DNA of 57,322 bases, filler included, from Sphacelaria rigidula (taxonomy: Eukaryota): assembly GCA_964200075.2 (NCBI GenBank). It is 5 parts of 5 records of this genome, joined end to end, with 100 filler letters (N's around TTAATTAATTAA, not from the genome) between each part and the next. Parts side by side here need not be neighbours in the genome. Positions count along the whole stretch, not along the records: positions 45,939 to 57,322 come from CAXNAA020004984.1; 4 more parts are not named here. One strand, 5' to 3'. Below are positions 49,825-57,322 of the stretch, piece by piece. A model generated the notes under the pieces. That model worked only from the letters and a program-made list of their open reading frames with translations, did no database searches and was not told the DNA's origin. The position numbers and the translations under genes are program-made. Numbering within the stretch: position 1 is the first letter of the stretch; every line of letters begins with the position of its first letter.

Positions 49825-51283
49825 ATTTGGGCACTGGTGGATGCTCGAAGTCTGCAAGCTGATGCTTGACTATCGCAGATGGTGACACCAGTGCTATCCC
49901 TGATTTAGTGTCACGTTGTTTATCACCTTACAAATTACCAAGAACAGTGGAGTTAATAAACTCGATGAAGCGCTTGATCACAGTATACTGGGGGGAAACT
50001 ATAAGCCATAACTAAATGTTCCTCGTTCGAGAACTCCGACTCAATGTTGTTCACCGCAGTGCACCAACGGACAACGGATACTTTCCCCCCAAGGCGGCAC
50101 AGAAAATACACCAGTTATATGAAGTAGATTGTCGTTTTCCATCCCGACATCTGATTCTTAACGAGCCATGTACTGATAGAGTGTCCTGCACTGTACAGTA
50201 TCATCCTAGGGTATCAAGGTACGACACTGCACTTGAAGGATTAGTCAGCGCCTGCCTGCTTTTCGGATTCACACACGAGTACGCAGCACCACAGTCATGC
50301 AGAAAATGACTGTCTGTGTACAGAATTGTTTCGTAAATCTGTTACACTGTGTCTGTTCCATAAAACGGTCCCCCCCATTTTGAGTTCGCAAACTGTAGCG
50401 AATTATTTGAGTCTTCCCAGGATATCTTGAAAATCGGAGTCTAAATGAAATTGGTCTCAGATTCTATCTATACAGAGTCAACCAACGAGCGGCAAATACT
50501 TTTGCACAAATGGTACATGAATACCTATTCAGTGAGTGCCTTGGGTGCGTAATCTAGAATCGGTGCGGGGTACCGTACCCCGGTATCGATATTATCCAGG
50601 GGATGAGATTGTCTCACACCACACTATGCTTGCATTCTCGGACCCGCGATGTCGAGTCTGTTGTCACCATAATCCGCGGTTCGCGGGGAGACGATGAGGG
50701 GGGGGTGAAGTTACCTCATCTGCAGTGGTAGTAGTCCACCGTTCCTTTTCAACGCGACTAATCGTTTCACCTGAGCAAAATTTCTGGGAAGAATGCTACT
50801 TAAATTTGGAGGAGGCAACAAGCTCGAGGTTGGTATTTCTACTGGTCCATTTTCTCATCAGGGGCGAGCTCTGTAAGGCCTCGATCTTCAATACAACCTC
50901 TTATGTTTTACACCAAAAATGTTGAACAACTAAAGAGGTAGGTATACTAAAACATGTAAGACTCTTCGCCGGCGACGTACACGATTGGCGGACCAATTGC
51001 ATAATTCCCGTAACATTGCGGCCACACGAGAGACACCCCGACAAATGCAAATTTCGTGTGCGAACGGGAACTTACTGGCACACATCAACCGACGGTTTTA
51101 TTATGATATGAAGGCAAGTTTTGTTCGAATAGAAAATGACATGCCGGGAGCGTGGGTTGAACCCAATCCGGCTTCTCATACGCACTCTCTCTGCATTCGC
51201 CGTGTGATTACCCGATTCCGATCCTCGTCCAACTTCTGTTCCCACTTCTATCGTTACCCACACCTTCCGGCCGTCTACCTATC

Positions 51284-54200
51284 ATGAAGACTGTATTCGC
51301 TTTGCTCGTAGCCCTGGTGGCGAGCACATCGGCGTTCCACGGTGGGTTCGATTGTCGAGTGCACAGTAGGGTAGGCCTCGTAAGCTAACTTCTTTCTCGT
51401 CGTGCGCATGAGATCATCTCCCGGCGGTAATCCCACGCCAAGCATACCGTGCGTTCGATTCGGTTGATTGTTGTTGGTAGGAGTATGAAGGATGCTGTTA
51501 CGACGGCGCCAGTGGTTTGTTCGCGAGAGAACGATGCAAAATAAATCTCCGTTCAAGATTCATTAGAGTCGTGAAATCTCCCCTGTTCACGTTCATGGTT
51601 TGCGCCACCCGCAAAACTGCGTCAGTGACTCCACAACCCGCTGATGTCCTTTCGTCGCGTTCTGCATCGATGCAGTTGCTGTCCCGCCCGCACGCGCGGT
51701 CGCTCGTTCCTCTACTACCACAATCGCGGCGGGCTATGTACCGGACGGCCTGACCCCTCAGCAATATGAAAAGATCAAGAAGGAAAAGGCGGACGCTGCC
51801 GCCAAGAAGAAGAAGTTCTTCAAGGAGAAGAAGTTTGAGGTGAGTACATGAGTGAGGTGCATCACCATCAGTGAGGTGCATGTACCACTGATGCAAAGTT
51901 GAAGATGCCTTCCCCAGTGCACCACCTTCCTTCGGTGGACGATCTAATGATGTGTCGTGGTGTACGGAGCAATTTAGGGTGCTTCACGAGACAGTTGGGA
52001 ACTCTACATGAGCAGGTGGCTTGCGCACCGACACCGAATGGTCAGTTGTGTAGGTGACAAAAAGTACCGAGTTGAAGCATGTGTTGAGATGTAAACGGTG
52101 CGCTCATGTTTCGAAACAGTTGAACTACCCTCCTTCGAAAGGAACATGACCCGTTTCTAGAAGCCTTAAAGCACATGTTCCTAGTCGAATATGATAAACC
52201 TGATCTTGAGTCAACTTCTGATCATGATGATCTGGTTGACAAGGAAAGCCCACCAAAAACGATTGTGGCGGGAGTGACGAGATTCATTTCAGTTCGTCCT
52301 TCCGCCGTTCAAGCCCCCGTTTTTGAACGTGACACCGGGTTGGGTGTCCCCTCCCTCATCATCGATGAGGGCTTGTCGAGTTTGTTGCGGGGGTCACCGC
52401 CTTACCACGTCCCGTTGAAAAATAGATTCCGTATTCTGTACACAGCGAATGTTGCTTGGGAGCTCCACCTCATAGCCTAGATTTTAGTATCCCGCCGCCG
52501 AGGGTGTTTTTCGCAGCTGTCGGGTGGTACGGACCCACATGTATGTCCCACTAAGAACCCTTGAGCCGGGTGTCCGTCAACTTTGGCACTACAATTGACG
52601 GTATATGTGCGTTCCTGTAGACGTTTGAAGGAATCTCACGACAGCACCAGGGCATGGTACACCATTGTGGGGAAGAAGCTCCAAAGACCCCTTCTGGCTG
52701 GTGAGCACCTGCTTTTACTGAGGGGTGCCATCATTCACGATCTGTCGGCGGTGGGCTTTTTTATCGTGACGAGTTCCCGTGATGTACTCACGGTAGTAGT
52801 GCGTATTCAAACATGGCAGTGTTTACTGGGAGCCAGAATACCACGGGCCCCCTCGAATAGCCCGATTTGTTCATGTCACGACGAATGGAACTGAGACTCT
52901 GTAGTGATCGACCACTCGGCTTGATATTTACACCAGTCGATGCCTGTAAAAATTATCCGTCAGTCACACCCGCAGTCGAATCATGGGAACACTCTGAAAT
53001 GGTATTTTCACCTGTGACGGGAAACATGCCAACATGCGCAAGTTCAGATAAAGGACCCAAGCGAGGGCAAACTGATGATGAAAGGAGTCACGAGCGAACA
53101 CTCAGCAAGCTATTCAACACGGGAAAAGAAAATCTTGTAGAGGATGTCGAAACAACGGAACCGTCGAAAAGTCGCCCCCGATGAGTTGTCTCGGCTTTAG
53201 TTGGATCATCTTCCGTGCGCACTTGACAGCTCGTACGAAATACACCAGCCTACAAACACTACCGTAAAAAGTAGGTGATTCACCAACTTGAACATTGCAG
53301 GTGCGCTCTGAAAGTTGGTACTAAAAATCTTGGCGGCACACAGCAGCACGACCTGGTGATGGTTGAGGACGAATTTCACGGTGATGTTTTCCAGATATAC
53401 CGCTGACTGAAATAAAACTTTTCTGACTCGATATCATTTTCTTGTAGCACAAGAAGAATTAAGTGGGGGGACGCATTTCATGAGCACCGAGGTCGTAAAA
53501 ATCGGGGTGTCACGATATTGGAACAGTTTTCCCCCGACTACTCCGTTTTTCCTGAGGTGACGTATGTGCAGTGACGTGTAATGGTGAAGCACAAGTTTGA
53601 TACTTCGCAACCGCAGCAGACAATCTCCTGCAGTCTTGTGACGGCGCAGATCGTGCACGCTGAAATCTGCTCGCGCACTGGTTGCTCACTGTCTTCGCAA
53701 TACCGACTGTGCCATCATGTACCACACGGCATCATGTGCTGTCCTGGTCGGGTGTCCTGCAGTCGAAAATACCCGAGGGATTATTGACCGCCTGCCTGCT
53801 CATCGAATTCATGCACGAGCACGCACTTCCACACTCCGCAACAATGACCGTCTGTGTACGAGCCTCATCCATCAACGAGAGGTTTTCTCGCTCATGAGAC
53901 GCACGGCGCGATATCAGGAATTGAACGCTAAAGTCTTGGCAGGAGCTTTTATGATGGACATGAAGAACATCACGGGAGCAGCAGAGAAGAAAGAAGAGAA
54001 ATATTTGACAGACTTGAAATTTGGCAAGAACAAAGAACTGTCATGAGTCCAGGTGAACATGGAACCCTGCAGCCTCTCACGAGAAGTGCTATTTTCCTGG
54101 GTGCAGGAGGTCCTTGTCGAATTTCGAGTTCTTTGAATTAGGCCGTGCGTGCAGCATTTGGCGTGACGCTGCTGCACCCCACTAACACCCTTTCCGGGGC

Positions 54201-55584
54201 GGTTGCTGACGTGGGCCTATTGCATTACAAGACTAGCACTCCGACACGCCATCGTTCAACGATATGAGGCGCACTCGGTTCTCCAAGCAGTACGAAAACG
54301 TGGTCGACAATACGACGCCAATCAAACAGCAATGCAGTACTTGCTCATTAGGCGAAAAGATTTGATGCGGAACTGGGGAAACTGTGGTGTGTGAAACTTT
54401 TCGCCTTTTTCAAGTCAGACTAGGTGGCACCGATTTCGGGGTCTCGAGAAGGTCGAGATTCGTCGCCACGGAAGTTGGTCCCAGGGCTCGTCTTGTCAAC
54501 TATGCCTCGATTCGAACGAGTTCGTGCGGCGGAACTGTTTCAGTTTCCTCTGCCGTGCTTGAGTCGGGGCAAAACTGTCGAATCGAAAAAGCCAAAATTT
54601 TTTGTCGACGGGTACTTTTCCACTCGAAAACATTGACGTTTATGAGGTACAGATGATCCGACAGAGGCGGCGTGTACTGTTACGTAGATGGCGTGTGTGT
54701 CTCGCAAAGCATTCAGGCGAGATGTGCGAAGGAAGCACCGACGGGATCTAGACAGCACAGCTTTCTCACTCTCTTGACACAAGAGGAAGCGAAGCAGATT
54801 TGAACCACGTGCAGCTTTGCACCGCCCGTGATGTCATCTACGTGTTGGCCTTTCGGTTGCTTACCCAACACGCGACTCCGTCTGTGGACCCTGCCATGAA
54901 CAAGCCAACAAGAAAGGAACACATGATTCCGAACAAATGGTGATGTCGGTTTCATAATACTGCAGTGAACGAGGGCCCGTGCTCAGTTTGTGATTTATGT
55001 TGCAGGGTTGAGTAGGTGATTGCTAATGAACCATTTGGGTTCTGCCTAATTCTGTGGAAATTGGTATCTGGCAAGGTTGTTTGCAACGTGAAAGTTAGGT
55101 GCCGCTTCCTTTATTCGGCCGTTCCTTTCGGAGGAAAAAGCCAAGCTCCAACCATGTTTCGGATCTTGCCCATCGTGCGCATCTAATGATGATCTGGACT
55201 TAAGCCATCTGAGAACAAAAGTGCCGTGGACGTATCTGATACGGCCTCGTCGCGACCAATTCGTCTCGACCAGATGCTCTGAGTCATTTTTTTTCCGATG
55301 AGACACGGTTTCATAACGGGAACAATCCGCTCGTTTCCCCGTCATCATACATTCATGAATCAGGATGAAGAACCCCAAGTGTCATCCAGCGATCACTCGG
55401 CAGGCGGAGTGTAAGGAATCGCTCACCCCCCTCTCTTTTGCTCTCGAATGTTCCTCAGGAGTTGGACTCGTTCATGAAAGGCATGGAGAAATCAGGAAGG
55501 AAACACACATTCGCGAAGGTTGACGACACATTGGAGAAACTCATGCCGGCTGGTGCACGGGGGGTGAAACAGAGCAAGAAATAG
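51284..55584 (+). CDS. Small (~115 aa) plastid-targeted protein of unknown function (GYVPDG motif)
   Basis: Exons 51284-51341, 51676-51839, 55459-55584 give MKTVFALLVALVASTSAFHVAVPPARAVARSSTTTIAAGYVPDGLTPQQYEKIKKEKADAAAKKKKFFKEKKFEELDSFMKGMEKSGRKHTFAKVDDTLEKLMPAGARGVKQSKK*. Signal peptide, SA|F cleavage motif and transit peptide are typical of heterokont plastid targeting. Confidence 0.8.
54135..54400 (+). repeat. Dispersed repeat shared with 28918-29222 (intron 2 of the plastid protein gene)
   Basis: Colinear match to the contig-3 copy. Confidence 0.8.
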
Positions 55585-56769
55585 AATCCGATACTGCTGG
55601 GAGTGCGAGGTCGCGGGTATAAAACGATGGTGAATTTGCCGCAAGATTGCTCCAGTGTTGAGGTTGGAGCTTTCGTTCCCAAGGGTCACGACGAACCGGA
55701 AGAAGTTTCGTGCTGGACAGGGGGCGGTGGCTTCGTGTAAAAAGATACGGGAGATTGGTTGTGCTTCAGGGGAAGCGGACGCATGGTTGTGGACGACAAT
55801 TTTGTGAACACACACGACATGGAGTGGTCGAAATCGCCTTGCCGATTTGAAAGTGTGGGAGTTGGTAGCATGATGGGTGCGAGATGAAAGCTCGTTGCTT
55901 GCGCCCGTCATGTAATGATATAGCACGTGTGTAACTCGTCCAGGATGGAATGTGAGCCGATCTACGCTGTGGTTTGAACATCGATAATGAGATCCGACGA
56001 GTGGGTCATGAGTGCTTGAACCCATTGCACCGTTTGAGATATATATTGTCGCACCCTGCCTGTACGGTGGGCGGTCCACCTTCTGGGACGGGTATTCACA
56101 ACAAACACGAGAGTCACGCATATAAGCAAGTGACAACCTCCGTAACCCCGTCCTACGAAAAATGATGTGCACTTGTCCACGGCGACTTATTTGTATGAAG
56201 GAATGAGCAACAGACATGGATAGTAGCCACCTCTTGGATCCCGACTATTCGAGTAAATATGTGCGGACCGTATCCTCATTCTGAGGATTCGGATTTTGTG
56301 CGCAGCAAACCTTCATGCGCGATTAACTCACTCTCTCATCAATGACCATGGAAACTCCCTCGGATAGCATGCGTACACGCGAGGTTCGCGGTTAATGCAC
56401 TTACGTCGCGAAATCGTCAGAAGGGCGTGGAGCCCGGTTCGTATACCACGGACTGTTAGAGGGAATTTTTCTGGTGATACATGAAAAAGACACAGGAACA
56501 AAACCTGTACGTGATAAATTTTGACGTGATGCTCAGTTGTAAACTCATGGGAGATGATATCCCATAGCTTTAGTGGACACATGAACGTCAACTCCCATTC
56601 TGATGGAAAATCATTCTTGCAGTAACGGTTGAAATTGTCTCGAAAACGATATTTTCTGGAGTCATTTGAACTCGGTGAGGACCTGAAAGAACATCTGGAA
56701 GTCACGGCATTTGTTGACAATGATCACGAATGTCCTCGAATGTTTTTTCCGACGACCAAAATATTTCAC

Positions 56770-57322
56770 ACTGAGCAGCAGCACGTCATTTCTAACCCCC
56801 CTGGCGTTACCGACACCGCCACGAAATCATCCGAACATGTGTGATAATATATAATACTTGACTCCGAGCGTTGCTGCTTCTATTGCGATCGACCATGGTC
56901 ATTAGTACCTACCTCCGTTTCGAAAAACGATAAACACCCTCGTGGAACTCCTTGTAAAATATGTGAGGATACTGATATTTCCCCAGTTATCCTCACTGTA
57001 CTATTGGCACACTCTGTCATCTTCACCATTCTCCATGTCTTTCCTCTGATCCAAGTTTCCCACGTGTTCACAGCCCATTTCTCCATGCGGTATCATTAGC
57101 CTTTGGTACGCCCAGAGAAGAAACGCCTGGAGTCTTTCCTACCTTGAACAATATTGCCTAGTGTGTTCTCATGGTCTAGACAACTACTAACAGTGTTTTC
57201 GTGAGATTGAGAGTAGATAATACGATTGAGAGCGGCTTTGATCATTCGCTTCAAGTGAGTCAGTTTTTTATTCCACGTGTGCTGCTCTACCGCCATCACT
57301 TGCGTGTGCTTACAGCTACACG
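56770..57322 (-). mobile_element. Degenerate non-LTR (LINE) reverse transcriptase fragment
   Basis: Across frameshifts: SCLDHENTLGNIVQGRK, PKANDTAWRNGL (D..KAYD.VWR.GL), VRITGEISVSSHILQGVPRGCLS (GVPQG motif), SDDFVAVSVTPGGLE (ADD motif). Confidence 0.8.

Overview
Eukaryotic nuclear DNA, most likely a brown alga (Phaeophyceae), inferred from an EsV-1-7 repeat gene, a signal peptide plus SAF-type plastid leader, and short GT-AG exons in long repeat-rich introns. The window is not one locus. It is five unrelated contigs of about 11.4 kb (1-11385, 11486-22870, 22971-34354, 34455-45838, 45939-57322) joined by artificial 100-bp N44-TTAATTAATTAA-N44 spacers. Contig 1 holds part of an unidentified minus-strand multi-exon gene plus SINEs and MITEs. 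Contig 2 holds degenerate Ty3/Gypsy pol fragments, a CAC-terminated non-autonomous element and an intron-free ~915-931 aa protein with 18 tandem EsV-1-7 (CCCH) repeats. Contig 3 holds the 5' part of a probably mitochondrial PPR gene. Contig 4 holds most of a class 3 lipase with plant PLA1/DAD1-like motifs. Contig 5 holds the 5' part of NOP14, head-to-head with a small plastid-targeted protein gene, and a LINE RT relic. The best candidate for a novel system is the EsV-1-7 array: a fixed scaffold with hypervariable positions, block duplication of units and a nuclear-regulator-like tail, suggesting a modular TALE/zinc-finger-like recognition protein. That function is inference. All exon models were assembled by eye without transcript data.
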